Assembly (NCBI GenBank): GCA_037447605.1
Contig: CM074805.1
Location: forward strand, 3,319,361-3,383,360
DNA from: Zygnema circumcarinatum SAG 698-1b
Lineage: Eukaryota > Plantae > Zygnematophyceae
Length of the DNA stretch: 64,000 bases
Direction of reading: 5' to 3'
Below are positions 26,486 through 39,764 of this stretch, one piece after another. Position numbers and translations under genes: made by a program. Below the pieces are notes generated by a model. The model was not told where the DNA came from and searched no databases. It saw nothing but the letters and a program-made list of their open reading frames with translations. Position 1 is the first letter of the stretch; each line of letters starts with the position of its first letter.

Positions 26486-29400
26486 CCTCTGCCGCAGCGC
26501 GAGCCGAACTTGCGCGCGACCCTCCCAGGAGCCCGCCACGAACATTCAAAAACTGCCGGCCAGCCCGGCCGGCCGGCAGACAAAACAGGCGGCCGGCCGG
26601 CGACCTCGGCCCGCAAGGAGGCTTCCGCCGGCTGCGATTGGCGGGCCGATCAAAGAAACGTTCAGTAAGCCAATGGCACGCCTCCCCGCCCCCTCCGGGC
26701 AGCCAAAAACTCGTCCGGTCATGTGCTGCCCGCTGCCCGGCCGGCAGGTCAAAGCCGCCTCCAAAATATCTGCGGGGGGATCTCCCCGCCGTCCGCCGGC
26801 AGCCCAAAAGCGCCGCCGGCGATTCGGCGAGTTCGAGGAAAAGTGCGCCGCGGGGCGGACTCGACTCGGGTCGCGGTCCGCACCGAACTTGAGTCGGGCC
26901 GAGCGGACGGACGTAAGGCAGCGGGCAGACGGAAAGGTTTTGGACTTTCCGAAGAAATCTTCAGTTGGGCTGCCCGCGCTCGTTTGTATGGAGGCGAGGT
27001 ATTCGAGACAGGAAGTTGCTGACGCAACGGGCAGTAAGGAAAGTTTCTAGGAGTAAAATTTGGCAGTGGACGCCTGCGCCTGCGCGGTGTTGCGAGTGGC
27101 GACAAGAGGAAGTCGGCAATCGGACAATCAGCGAATCGCGCTGGAGGAGGGCCGGCCTGCCACGTGGCGTCAGTTCCGGTCATATTCCCTGCCACGTCAG
27201 CACCCCGCATCAGTGCTTTACGGACTGCGGCAGCCGGACAGTCCGAAACGTCGGCCACGCGGCGGCTCGCACTGTACGGACTGTCCGTACGGTCATACGA
27301 AAGCGGAAATTACGCGGCGCGCTGTGGATGGTGGCCGACGCCATGGAACGCGAACACCGTAAGGGTCACGAAACGACAGGTGCGACTGGAAGGGCGGAAC
27401 TGAGAACTGCATAGAAAATGGCAAATCGTCGGCTCTGGCTGGGCTCAGCCATCGACACCTCCAGCCGCCATGGATGGTTGCAGCGCCGTCCATGGCTGTA
27501 CGGTGCAGCGGGCAGAAAGAAAAGACGGAAGGACGCCAGGTGGGGTTAAGACAGCACCCAACAAAGCTCAGGGAAGAGCCATTTTGCCAAGACGAGTCCG
27601 TCAGCATTTGGAAATGTTCGTGACTTTAAGCACATCCAGCAGCTTGGGCTACCCCAGTTATTAGAATTTGTCTGAAGCAATGTCCTAAAGCATGGCACCC
27701 ACATCCGGAGACCATAATGCTCGGCTGCTTTCAGAAGGGCGTCCCTTATTCCCTATCGCGCGTCTTATTCACAGACTGGTCCATTAGCATTGTATCTATG
27801 CACATAATTAACCAGCTTTGAGCAATAAGAGCCCGTCGGGTCCCCTCTACAAAATAGTCACAAGTAAGGCGCTGCTCTTCAGATGGAGGAAGCAGCCTCT
27901 CGATGTCCCAAGGAGAGCGAGGAAGGCACAAGTTTCGTGCTCCTTCTGTGGTTACAACCTGCTGCCACGCAGCATAGGCTGATACTGCATCTGCTACTGT
28001 AAGCATACCGATTTCCAATAGAAAGGGAAAACGAAAAAAACACAAACAAAAAAATGAGCTCTCGATTTCAGCAACAGGACTGAAAACTTTTCATTTTTTT
28101 GTATGGGACCTCCCAGAAAGAGCACATTAAAACTTCGCCCTAAATCCAACCACAAAATTCCCCAAGAATTTGAAGTCTGCAGCTTCCAGCTCCCAGTCTT
28201 TGGGGCGCAGAGCAGAAGAGTTTCAAGTTCCAACTAAAATTCGTACCTTTGTTCTCCCAGGGTCCCCATTGGGAAGCTTTTCGCTCTGCTCTCAAAAGGA
28301 ACCCACTCTGCATGCGAAAGCCAACCACAAACAGTGCTTCGGAAAAGGTTTAGTCCCTATGTTTGCTCCGCTCGGCAAAACGTCGTCAATCAAGGACGAA
28401 AAATTGTGTACGACATTATTCCACGTCAGCCCTGTTCCCGATAGCAGGGATGCCGACACCACTGTACTGTCCCTCAGACGATAGGCAAAAGCAAAGAAAA
28501 CACTGCAGAGCTGCTGCAGAGATTCAGAAACTTGACCCCTCAGAGCTGCTTCAAAACGCGCCCCCACAGCCAATTCCTGCGCCCCATTCTGCCTATCTTA
28601 CTCCTATCCGCTCAGGACAGAGCACAGCCTTGCACGCTACGCGCACAGCTCTCTTGCAGTCAGAGGCTTCCTCTCCTGTTCGGGTGTGCACCCACCTCAG
28701 CCTGAGGAGCCGTCCTCCTGCAGGTCCCTTTTGGGTCACGTAGCAGAGAGTGATTGCCTGCAGTGTGCCCTGCAAGCTGCACAACCAGCAAACATGAGCA
28801 CAAAACTGGTCCCCTTTTAACTTTCCAGAAGATAAATTGCCCTTCACTTCGCATTGAAAACAATCTGCAAAACGGCAAGATGTTGGTCTGAAGGTTTCTT
28901 AAAAGCCCTTCAATTCCCCGACAGCCCTACACATCAGGTTTTACCAGGCCTAGTCTTCCAGTAACCGCTGCTCAAACTCCTCCATGTCTTTCCCCTATAG
29001 ACGACAGTTCGCAGGGCGTGTCATCGATTGGTCCATGTGTGCAACTGCACCTCCATTATTTCCCTTCAAAAAGCCCACGCAGATATCAAGCAGATGCTCA
29101 GTAAAGGACCCCGATAGAAGGAGACGGAGAGGGCAAGAGTGAGAAAGGACGGAGAGAGGAAGAAGTGGGACAGGCAGAGAGTGGTGAAGGGAGGGAGGGA
29201 AGCAGGGAGAAACAGGGAAGACAGACATATTGACCAAACGGTCGAATGAATTGAAAGTAAACAGAGCATCATATGGTTCTCTTAACAAGACTGGCTAGTT
29301 CAGACTGACTGAAAAGTTGCTGTATAAGTCATCCTTTCAAGGTCTGCTCTTAGATGATGAGGCATGGTCAATCTTTTACTTGTCGCTTAGAAAACTCAGG

Positions 29401-29614
29401 AAAAAGCAGCAGAAGTCACTTGATTGTCTACGGTACGAAAGAAAGAAGTTGCCTGTAAGACTGCACTGAAATGGATAAGAAGGTGAACTTGATGTGAACT
29501 CCGGTTTCTGCAATGGTTTATACAGCAGATAAATACTAAGAAAGAGCTTGTGAGTCATCCAACAGCTTATGTTTCAGGCGTTCAGAGCTTACCGTTATCA
29601 TTGTAATATGCGAA

Positions 29615-32600
29615 TCACTTCTGCACCCCTTTCCTGGCCTCCTCTGCTGGCCCTCCTTTCACAATGGGTTGGAACAGTGGATGAAGGGAAGGCCTCCTCG
29701 TCGGTGGATGGGCTTCAGTAGCAGATGAACGCGTCATTCTGGAGTTGTGAGCTGCCTCTGACGATCTTTGAGAGGAAACATACAAACCTGCAGGAAGCTT
29801 GTTGCCTGATCCTTGACTAGACACAAGAGGTCCGTTATCAGTGATGGAGGTTTTCATAAGAGCCTGAGATTCATCTAATATTTGTAGTTTCTGTACAGAG
29901 GGAAATCCACCTTCTCCATTGACCTGTTGAGACAGTATAGACGTATCTTCGATGGGGTCCTGCAAACCGGCCTTGTGACGGGGATGCTGACACTTAGTAA
30001 GACCTGAGCAGTCATGCCCAAATCCCTGAAAAGGAACGGCATCAGGGGCCTCCTTGCTTTGATTCCCACTCGTGTCAAATAAGGAATTGGCTGAGCTATT
30101 CTCCGCGACTGCTTTAGCATGCAGCAGTTGTGTGCCGTTTAGATGACCTGAACTGACAGGAGGATATGCATGACCATTCTGTTGAGGCCTTCCTTCCAGA
30201 GGCAGCTCAGTCTTCGACTTCTGGACTGCACTTATTGAGAAAGAGCCCCAGGTCTCCTCATCCACCAGTCCCCTCCCCACCTCTACTGATGAAAACGACT
30301 GCGAAGGCGGAAGTGACAACACCTCCTGAGCGTTGCCAAGGGCTTGTGCAAGTCCCCTTGTCTTGCGGTGTGCTTCTAATTCTTCTTTTCTCGCTTTGGC
30401 TTCCAATTCTCTGAGCATTTTGCGTTCCGCATCATCAAAGAAGTCACGGACTGGTCTTCGCATTGCAGCCGGCGATCGCATCTCAGCAGTAGATCGCCGC
30501 GGAGTCCCTGATTCAACACTATTCTCTGACTTGTTGCCACCTTTAGACGAATATCTTTGTGACTGACTGCGTTGAATTGACCTGTCGTAGTTTCTAGCGT
30601 CAGTAAAATCAGGAGGCTGCTGGGGGGCAAGAGGGAGGCTCGGGATGCTTGACCTTCGAGGAGCTCGGGGAGGCGAGCCCACCCTTGAAGCCGGAGTAGA
30701 CACGGAAGACCTAATGGAAGATGTGGGAGACAATGAAGTTAGGGCTGGGAGACGAGCGGAAGTACGCTGGGCAGGGTTTGGTGTATCAGGTAAAGTTGTC
30801 AACGTGTTGAGTGAACCAAAAGACATGGAGTAGAACATAGCATCTCCCTTTCTGAGGGACGGCCCATCAGCGCCCTTTTTGGGTGCCTCCCCAGTGGGAG
30901 TGGAGGCCGCAGAGGAGGGGGCTGAAGCTGCCGGTCGGAAAGAGGCCAAAAATACCGATCGGAAACGAGCAGAGTCTGGCTGAGGCGATGAGAGCTGCTG
31001 ATTTGGTGAGTGCAAGCCCGGGTTGTGAGCAGGTGACAATGTCAAATTGTTTTCACTTGCTGCTGAGTCTCCTGCTCTGTTACTCGGACGGGTTTCAGCA
31101 CCATCCTTCTCCAAAGGAACCCTCACGTGAAGCTTGGAGTTGCTACCGACAGCAGCTTGAGATGATGCTGGTCTTGCCCTAACCACAGAGTTGGGAGGGT
31201 CTTCATGCTCCCCAGGGGAAGGCGGTGCAGGGGTTGATGATTGGGTGGCTAGAAGGAAAGAGTTTTCTTCAGCACGACTAGTGAAGGGAAGAGCGGCATG
31301 CACTTGTTTCCCTGCTCCCGAGTGAGCAACGTCTTCCGGTAGTTTATCTCTATCCGTTTCACCTGTCTCTCCTTGTTTCTTAGATACCGCCCCTTCCGGC
31401 TCCTCTAGCCGCTTTCTGGTAAAAACAGGCATAGCATTATGTTGAACCCCAGCAGTAACTTTCTCTTCACTGATGCCTTTTTCGGGAGAAGAAGGAGCGA
31501 TAGATGGAGACAATGCAGAGGGAGCTCGAATATCTCGATGGTGCTGGCCGGCTCCTCCTTTGCCATCACTTTTTCTGGGGTAGAATGACACAGAACCCGC
31601 GACAGGAGCAGCAGGCCCTTCACGAAACGCTAAGTCTTCATTTTGCTGCCCTACACCTGTACGTTCTCCTACATCACCAGTGGTAGAAGATGGAACCTTC
31701 AGAGGTGGAGGCACGGATAGGCGGCGGCCCACATATGCCGCAGACGTCTGTCCAACTGATGAAAAACCACTGGGAGGAACAGGTACCGTAGCATCAGCCG
31801 CTCCTTCCAAGATTTGTCCACTTTTCTGATCAATTTCGCCTCGTGCTGTTCCTTGTCGAAACGATTTGTACTCTTTGCCAGATACCATGTGGCTGGTTGC
31901 ATCTGCTTTCCCATGTGTCTGCTCAGCCCCCCCGCCATTCCATTCATCAGCACTCAAACCTAACTTTGCGTTCTCCCTCCATTGCTTCCCTTCTCCCGGA
32001 CTTCTGATCCCTTCGGATTCCTCAAGCTCTGTCCACTTGGAGAGTGCCGGGGCCACTCCCAACATAATGGGCCTCCGGGAAGCGATGGAGGCTGTGCGGG
32101 AGGAGTCTCCCACTCCTGAGCTCCATCCAGGAGAGCCAACTCGAGGGAAACGCTGAACGGGGCTGCCACTCCTTAGCACTACTGCTTTCCACCCTCCCAC
32201 TTCAGTTGTCGCCCCTGATTGGCCAACGATCCGATTCCCTCCCGTCTTCTCTTGTTCTTCATGTTCAACGCCTCCTGTTCCCGCCTCATTCTCACCTTTC
32301 CTTTCAGCCCAATTTCGGCCGAATCGTCTATGGCTGCTCCACCCTATCATCATGTCTGGAGACTCCAGAACTTTGTATGAAGGCGAGGGAGAGAAGCGAT
32401 GGTAAGGTGAGCTCTTGTCAACAATCATAGGAGACAACGGACCACTTCGAAAGCCGGTAGCTTCGGCCGTAGTGCTCAGAGGAGAATTTAAAGCTGACCT
32501 TAGCTCATCTTGCTCTGAATCCTGTGACTCATCAGAATCGTTGTTCTCCAAAGTCTCCACTCTCCCTACCGGCGCACTCAACGACCTCTGCAGAATGCCG

Positions 32601-35600
32601 GGTTCGCCCGGCTGCCGCTCAGACGGGCTGAACTTCCCCTCTGCTTCCTTCCCCACCTTGACTGACAATGCTCCTGTCAGGGTTCTCGCATCCCCGTGCA
32701 TCCTTTCTGCCTCATTTTCTTGCACGCCTTCAGAGGCGGACACAGGAATAGATATAGTAAGCAGTGGCCAGACTCGCGGACCCAAATTGGGACTTCCAAT
32801 CTGGACAGACACTGGGCTTAAAGGAGATTGTGATCCAGGTTCAAATCCTGCACTCGAAGCAGCATCACTTGGCACTGACGCCATGCTGGGAGATGCTTTC
32901 TGTTCAAGGTGCTCAAGGATGGCAGTCATGATCTCATCTTTTTGAATACTTGGCAAGCTATCCGAGCCAGTGGAGGGCAGGGAAGGGAACACTCTCTCAG
33001 CAGATGGAGAGAAGGTAGCACTGCCTAAATCTTCCATTAAGGGTGGACCTAGAGGAAACGAGGTGTTCTGTTGGGGAAGAGGGAAATCTACGGCAGCAGC
33101 TGTAGCCGCAGCAAGTGAAGGAGTAGGAGAGGAGATTAGTGAGGATGATGAGGACACGTCCCTTAAAGCAGATTCAGCACTTAAGTGACGCGTCTCCCCT
33201 GTGGTTTCCGCCCTCTCTTGCTGAAAAAGGAAGTCCGAGAAATTCAAGGTTCCCACTGCAACAAGAGGTGATGCTGTGGCAGAGGGTCCTCTGGAGTCTG
33301 ATTGATCCCCAGGCCTTACTGCAGCCTTGAATGGAGGCATGTCTACATCATTTACAGTCTCTATAGTGATTGAGGGTGCAGGGAAATAAGAAGAAGCTGC
33401 ATGAGTTGAGTCAGCACTTGAGTGATAAGAACCATCCTCCAATCGCTGAACTGTTCGCTCCATTAATGGCTTTGGCTCTCCCTCTTCAACCACAGTTGGG
33501 AGGGGGAAAGGTGGCAGTTGATCTGATAAGTCCCTTCCGTCAGGCCTGAAAGCTTTGACAGCCTCCTGTGAGAGCCCATCATCTCCTTGAAGAGAGCCTT
33601 GGATGGAGTCTTCAACTGCCAAAGTGGAAGTCATTTTAAGGGGCCTTTGAATATACAACATCGGCATTGCGTCTTGAACAACTTCATCATCTGGTACACC
33701 CGAATTGGGAGAGCTGCTGGCAACAGCCGTAGATTTCAGAGTGGGTAGCGATTCGGCCCTGCGAAGACCCGTTGGCTGCTCTAAGGACTCAATCGTCTGC
33801 AGCTCTTCCCATGGTGGGGAGAATCTCTCCTGGTGCAATGCTGTCAAAGCTGCTTCAAATGTCTCTTCGACTCTCAAAGATGTCGCCGACTCGTTATGCA
33901 ATGATGGAAGTGACAGTTTTGATTCGACAAGCTTTACTGGCGATGTTTCAGATGTACCTCCAGGTCCCTTTACGAACACATTCTTTATACTTGATGTTCT
34001 CGAGAGCCACTTTCCAACACCGCCACCCCAAACACCATCTCCTTTCTTCACTTCCTCCTTGGGTTTGGTCTTTCCTGAATCTTCACTAACCTTCCTTTCA
34101 AATTCCACTACCTCCCCTGAATTACTCCCCAACTGCTTTAGATCATCGCGTGCCTTCCCTTCTTTGGGCGCTATCAAATTCCGCACTCCCCATGAGGCTC
34201 CTCGCTTCTCTCCATCACTTTGCCCTTTCTTTCCTACTTCCCTTTTCCAATCCTCGTCCAAACCTTCAACCTGCTGTGTTTTGTTTAGTTCCCCAGGTCC
34301 ACCTCTACCACCAACATCCTCCTCTGAAGCATCCACCATTCCATCAAGGATGCTTGCGCTTTCCTTTTGTGGATCAGTTCCTTTATCTGCCGCTTCACCT
34401 TCACCCATGCTTATGGCATGGACCTCTCCACTTTTCCTAACTTGGCCTTCTCCAAATTTCAGTCCGCTATCCAAATGGAATACGTAACGAGGGATGATTC
34501 CAGACCCGATACTGTTACTGCTTCCCCCCACCTCAGTCGGTTCGTTTCCTTCCAACTCCAACGTCCCTGAAGGATGCACCTTCCCTGACTTCATGCTGCC
34601 AGCTGACTCTCGCTGAGCCGAAACATTTTCTTTTGCTGAACTTGAAGTCTGGCTACTCACATTCGCTTGCAGCCCATCTGCAGGAGGCTCTTGCCGCTTG
34701 CCTTGAGCTTCGCTGTAAGCAGAGCCTGACTGTTCTAACGGACGTAGCCCTTCTTCTCTCTGTGACACCTCCTCCTCCACCTCCACTACCTGCTCCAATG
34801 AACCACTTTCTGGACGGTATCCGCGCTCAGAATTCATAAACTTCATACCCCAGCCTACATTGTTATTTCTTGCATTATCTGAAGTAGGAGCAGACTTGAG
34901 CTCCTCGTTTATCCCCACTTCCACTTCTTCTCCATCTCCAACCTGCAGTTGTACACTTTGCAGTTTTTGTTTTGGTGTCTCCTTGAAATGAGATATTGAG
35001 AGGTAGCCTTCATCAGCAGGCCTTTGTGTTGAGACTGAGTCTGATGTGAATTGCTTAAGAAGTGATTTTCTTGTAGGATTGTCATGATGAGAGATTCCAA
35101 CACTTGCGGCATTTCCTTGTGTTGTTTGGCTTGATGAAGCTTCTGATAGTCTCCGGACTTCTCCTTTAGTTGGAGTGAATGAAGGGCGAGTTCCACCCTC
35201 AAACCCGGCTTCTGCGCCTTCCCTGTCCGCGGAGCCAAAATCCTTTTAGAGAAATAATGGAAACTACTTTCCCGCCATGCATCGTTAACACTCAACTGTT
35301 ACAGAGCAGGTCAGAAAAAGTTACACGACACAGCATTAGCATGATTCCAAACACTCCGACCCCCGTGGGATAACAGCAATAACGGAGTGGCACTTCATGG
35401 ATCCACAAACATTCTCCTCCAGGCAAACAGCATGCTGATTTAAAAGAAGAGGGTACAACACAGTCCTGGTACAACACAGTCCTGAAATGGCTGAAGTACA
35501 GTCAGCAGACTCATGCATGGAAAGCCAAGTGACATTCCACTATTCTCCCATACTTACTACCCATTATCAACGGACGGAAAAACCACCCCATCCAGTGAGA

Positions 35601-37962
35601 CAACTATACTTACAAGTTACTGTCGGCAACCGCATGCAAAGCAGTTTCTTCTGATTTTGACGAACGAGACGTGGCACTGCCAGAGTCTCCAACTCGTCTT
35701 CTCTTCTGCCAAACCCCTCCCATCTATTTCATGACCGTGGACTGGAACAACATGTTCTTCAAGAGAGAGATCAACACTCATCCTTAATGCATGTCTTCCA
35801 CACAAGAGAACACCAAATGTCAAGCCTCTATTCTCAACTAGTGCTAAGAGCCCTGCTAATTGGGTCAATCGTTCTGTTTCCAACTTGAAATGAATCAGCT
35901 TTAAGCTGGATAAAGGGTCATGCCTTCGACTGCAATTTTCACTGGCCTTCTCAAGACTCACCTTGTATGCTTTCAGCAGCTCCTGATTCTCCCACATGCG
36001 CTTGAAAAATGTCGGATCGCTGTACCGCTTCATGCAGGAACCAACTGCCACTTCGCGAAATCTGTCCAACGTTCCAACTTCCACTTAGCTTTCAACTTCA
36101 AAGGAACACGACGAGGCTAGTATTTGGTTCCAACATACATAATTTTCGAGGATGTGTGCAAACCTGTCCAGGCGATGAAATTGAGGAGGAGGATGGCACT
36201 GCTTATAGGCTTGGAGAACAAAGGAAGGAGGCCGGCTGTAAGTAAAATGTTGCTGTTTCAAGTTCACGTCAGCCCTAAATCGCAAACCTGCAGAAAACAG
36301 AATCAAATGTCAGGACACACACCTCAGCAACTTCATCCCGCATTTGTAGACTCTGGAAGTTTACAAAAAAATGACATTCAAAGCTCCCCCACTTGCTGTT
36401 GCTCAAGCGAAGGATCCAGCACACTGTTGTCAGACGAAACCAAAGTAACTAAACCTAAACTTAACCCATACTACGCTATTCCCAATCGATTTCATCCTTC
36501 CTGACATGCTGGCCTGAAGAAATGCCTCTCTTGCCCTAATCAAAAAACAACACGAGCTCATGTTTGCCCATACCTGGGTTGTGCACAAAACGCAAGGGGT
36601 CGCTTTCTTTCAGAAGCATTTCTTCCATCTGAGGCACCCGCTTCTCTAAGTTCTTTACTCGTGACAAAAGAACCTCTCTCCTTTTTGTTGTTTCTTCCAC
36701 CTCTCGCCATACATCATCGAAGACTCCAGCCGCATACCTGAAACCAAATCCTCCCAAACAAATCGCAAAATCCTTTCAACAATTGTTTACTTTTGCCCCA
36801 AGAAAGTAGTCCGATGCTGAACATCTTCTCCACGCCATGCAAAGGTTTAACCGGATGCCACTACAGTCAAGAAAAACTACCTTAACTTCCAAATTGTCAA
36901 CGAACTAACTTCCAGACAGCTGACGACCATTGCTTCGTCACTCCATGAAATCCAAAAGGTCCCCTTGAACTTGCAGGTCTTAAACTAAATTTGATCATGA
37001 CATGGGAAAGGACATATACAGAATTAAAAAAATAGGTTACTTCCATTATTCTGAGTTGCAATGACTAAGCCTAAACAACCGCTTTTTTCTTGCTAGTCCA
37101 CGTACAAACGCATGTTTTGTTGTTGGCCGCAGCCCTGAAAAACACAAATGTTCATATGGATAACAATGACGTAGACATGAGAATTACAGCGTGAAAGGAG
37201 TTACGTAACGAATTTCACGAGATCAAGTAAAAAGCATCTCCTAAGCAAGTGGATATATTCCGTAAGGGAGTCGGCCAAGGTGTAGACCGCTTTCAGGAAA
37301 GCAGTTGAAATGAATGAATCATGACATACTAGGAAACACAAGAAGAAGGCGAGTAGAAGGCTGGCAAAACCTCGAACGCGCAAGTACCTCTCATACTGCG
37401 ACAATCAAGTTAAAAGCTGGCAGTATGCGAAGTAGATTAACCTAAAGCTTGTTCACAGGTTTTAACTATGACTATTTTGTTTGCCCTAAACCTCCACAAC
37501 CTCGTCAGCAAGGCGAGTTTGCACATTTCAGTAAACCAACTAACTTAAGGCACTTAACAGCGCCTCTGAAACACTTGTAACATGTTACAAATTAACATGT
37601 ACAAGTTCTCATTGGTTCGCTGTTCTCAATGTCTTGCTTCAAGCTGGCAAACAAGAGGCATGGCCGAAGATATGGCATGGTCTCCCGGAACGGGACTCGT
37701 CTGCATGCTGCTGTGCAACATCATGACATGATGCCTGACGCAGAATGCATGATGCCCGCCTACAGGCATGCATGAATGCTGTTGCCAGAGTGTGAGAAAG
37801 CACTCACTCTGAGAGCTCCCCCAGCTGTCGCAGAATGCCAACCAGGCTGGCCATGGCCACGCCCTGCAGGACGGCGGAAGGATCATCCTTGGGCGCCGCT
37901 TTGTACAGTGCCGGGTCAGCCAGACGCTCCTCCGCCGGAATCTCTGCGCGGAAGAGCGGCAT
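29615..37962 (-). CDS. SCAR: SCAR/WAVE-like protein: N-terminal SCAR homology domain plus very long low-complexity region
   Basis: Exon 37962-37808 reads [52 protein letters not shown]. Later exons give [34 protein letters not shown] and [13 protein letters not shown], typical of plant SHD. An uninterrupted frame runs 35242-29615. Linking exons between 35960 and 35242 are uncertain. Confidence 0.85.
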
Positions 37963-38674
37963 AGCTGCCGGAGAGACCTCTCTCCTCCCTCTCCCTCCCT
38001 CCCTCCCTCCCTCCCTCGGAGCGCGCCCTGCTCTGTCCCCCGCCTGCGCGCAGGCTCCGGCGGCCTCCCAGGTGGCGCCGCGTGGCCGGCTGCGAGCGCG
38101 GCAGAGCAGCCCTCCGTGGCCCGCCCCGCCCGGCCCAGCGCCAGCGCCAGTTCTCCTCCCCCTCCCGTGCAGGGCCCGAGTCGCGCGCCCTCCTGGAACC
38201 CTTGTACGGCCACTATGGCACACGTGCTGCTCGTACAGAGACGCGGCCCCCAGCTGGAAGGCACGCATACGGACCGTACATAGCCGTATGTATTCGTACG
38301 GCCCGTGGGGGGAATCTCCCAGGGGGGAGGCCGCGATTTGGCGGCACGGGCGCGGCGGAGTAAAGAGGGCGGCTGGCGACAGAACAGCTGACGTCGGCGG
38401 CGGGCGCCTGGCGAAAGCAGGAACCAATGGGAGACCCGCGCGCGTCAGCGGAGAGTCCGACGGCGGGGGGGCGCCGGCAGCGGGCCGTACAGTACGAATT
38501 TGTCCTTTTGCGGATCTCGGCGAGCCGTGTAACCCCGAGCGAGCGAGGCGGCCAAACGGACAGCGGCGCAGGCAGAAGGAGCGAAGGGACAGACCTCGAG
38601 GCCATCCATGGCGGCGTGCTCGGGGCCCAGGGCGACACGTGGTAAGAAGGACAGGGAAGTCCGCGCACCGTCGA

Positions 38675-38878
38675 AGGGAAGGGAAGGGAGGGCGGGAGGG
38701 AGGGAGGGAGGGAGGGAGGATGGAAGGCAGGCAGAGAGGAGGGAGAGAGGGAGGCAGGGAGGCAGGGAGTGAGGCAGGGAGGGAGGGAGGGCGGGAGGGA
38801 GGGAGGGAGGGAGGGAGGGAGGGAGGGAGGGAGGCAAGAAGGCAGGGAGGGAGGGAGGGAGGGATGCAGGGAGGGAGG
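38675..38878 (+). repeat. Degenerate (GGGA)n/(GGCA)n tract upstream of the SCAR-like gene
   Basis: Directly visible; it generates the spurious SLPP/GREG ORFs in the track. Confidence 0.9.
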
Positions 38879-39764
38879 CTGGGGGGAGCCGTGCCTGGTA
38901 CGGTGCCATTTCCGTACGGTACGGTGACCGATGGATGATGGACTGATGGGTGGGAGCAGACCAGGCGCGCCACGAGGCACATGGGGACACAGTTTTTGTC
39001 GCCACGAAGGTCAGACCGTTATGGTTATATCAGACTTGACAGAATCGGAGGGGAATCGCTGCCTTGCTCAAAATGCTGCAATAAGCACTCGGAATTCACT
39101 ATCATCAAAATTGGCATTGGCAAATGATTTTTTTTTACCATGCGTTTTCCAAACTGCAGTACCGGTAGTGAATCCGGCTCAGAGTTCACAACAGTAGTAT
39201 AAAATATTTAGGACCACAATGTAGTAATATTATCATAGAAGAAAAGCAGTTCACACTGAACGATTTGAGCGCCACGCGGTCTAACTTGAGGCAACATGCC
39301 AGGCCCCATCTCAACAGACGCGACAACAGTAGAATGGCTGAAGGCTCCTTGTTAAGTCCTGGGCACAGGTCGCCAAGAGTATGGCAACCACCTAACACGT
39401 GTGTATCTGACACTCCTTTTCTTCCACCCTATTAACCTTCACCGATACCACAAGGACGTAAATTATTAATTAAACTACGTGCGTTGGAAAGAACTACACC
39501 GAGTCTTACCTACAGTACAACACGACTGCTGCTTTCAAAGCCCTCAGCAGCAGTGTTTCTTTATCTGAAAAAGGCGCCCTCAACTGCAAAATCCGCCCAT
39601 GTACTGACCTTTATACGAGCCCGCCCTTTTTACAGCCAGTCGGACAATCACCACATTCATAAAAATTCACCGAATGCAGCCCTCCACGAGTCATCTGTAA
39701 CGAGCAAATACCAACCCACCGATATCCAAGTGCTAAATCCGCAAAAAGGCTCCAAGAAATTCCC

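Noticed and set aside
26275-27414. Many 100-170-aa Arg/Ala/Gly-rich ORFs on both strands
   Set aside because: GC-rich promoter island; overlapping frames with no codon or motif support.
37804-39005. 392-aa, 367-aa and 255-aa ORFs
   Set aside because: Generated by the (GGGA)n tract and GC island. Only the last ~52 codons of the 392-aa frame are the real SCAR first exon.
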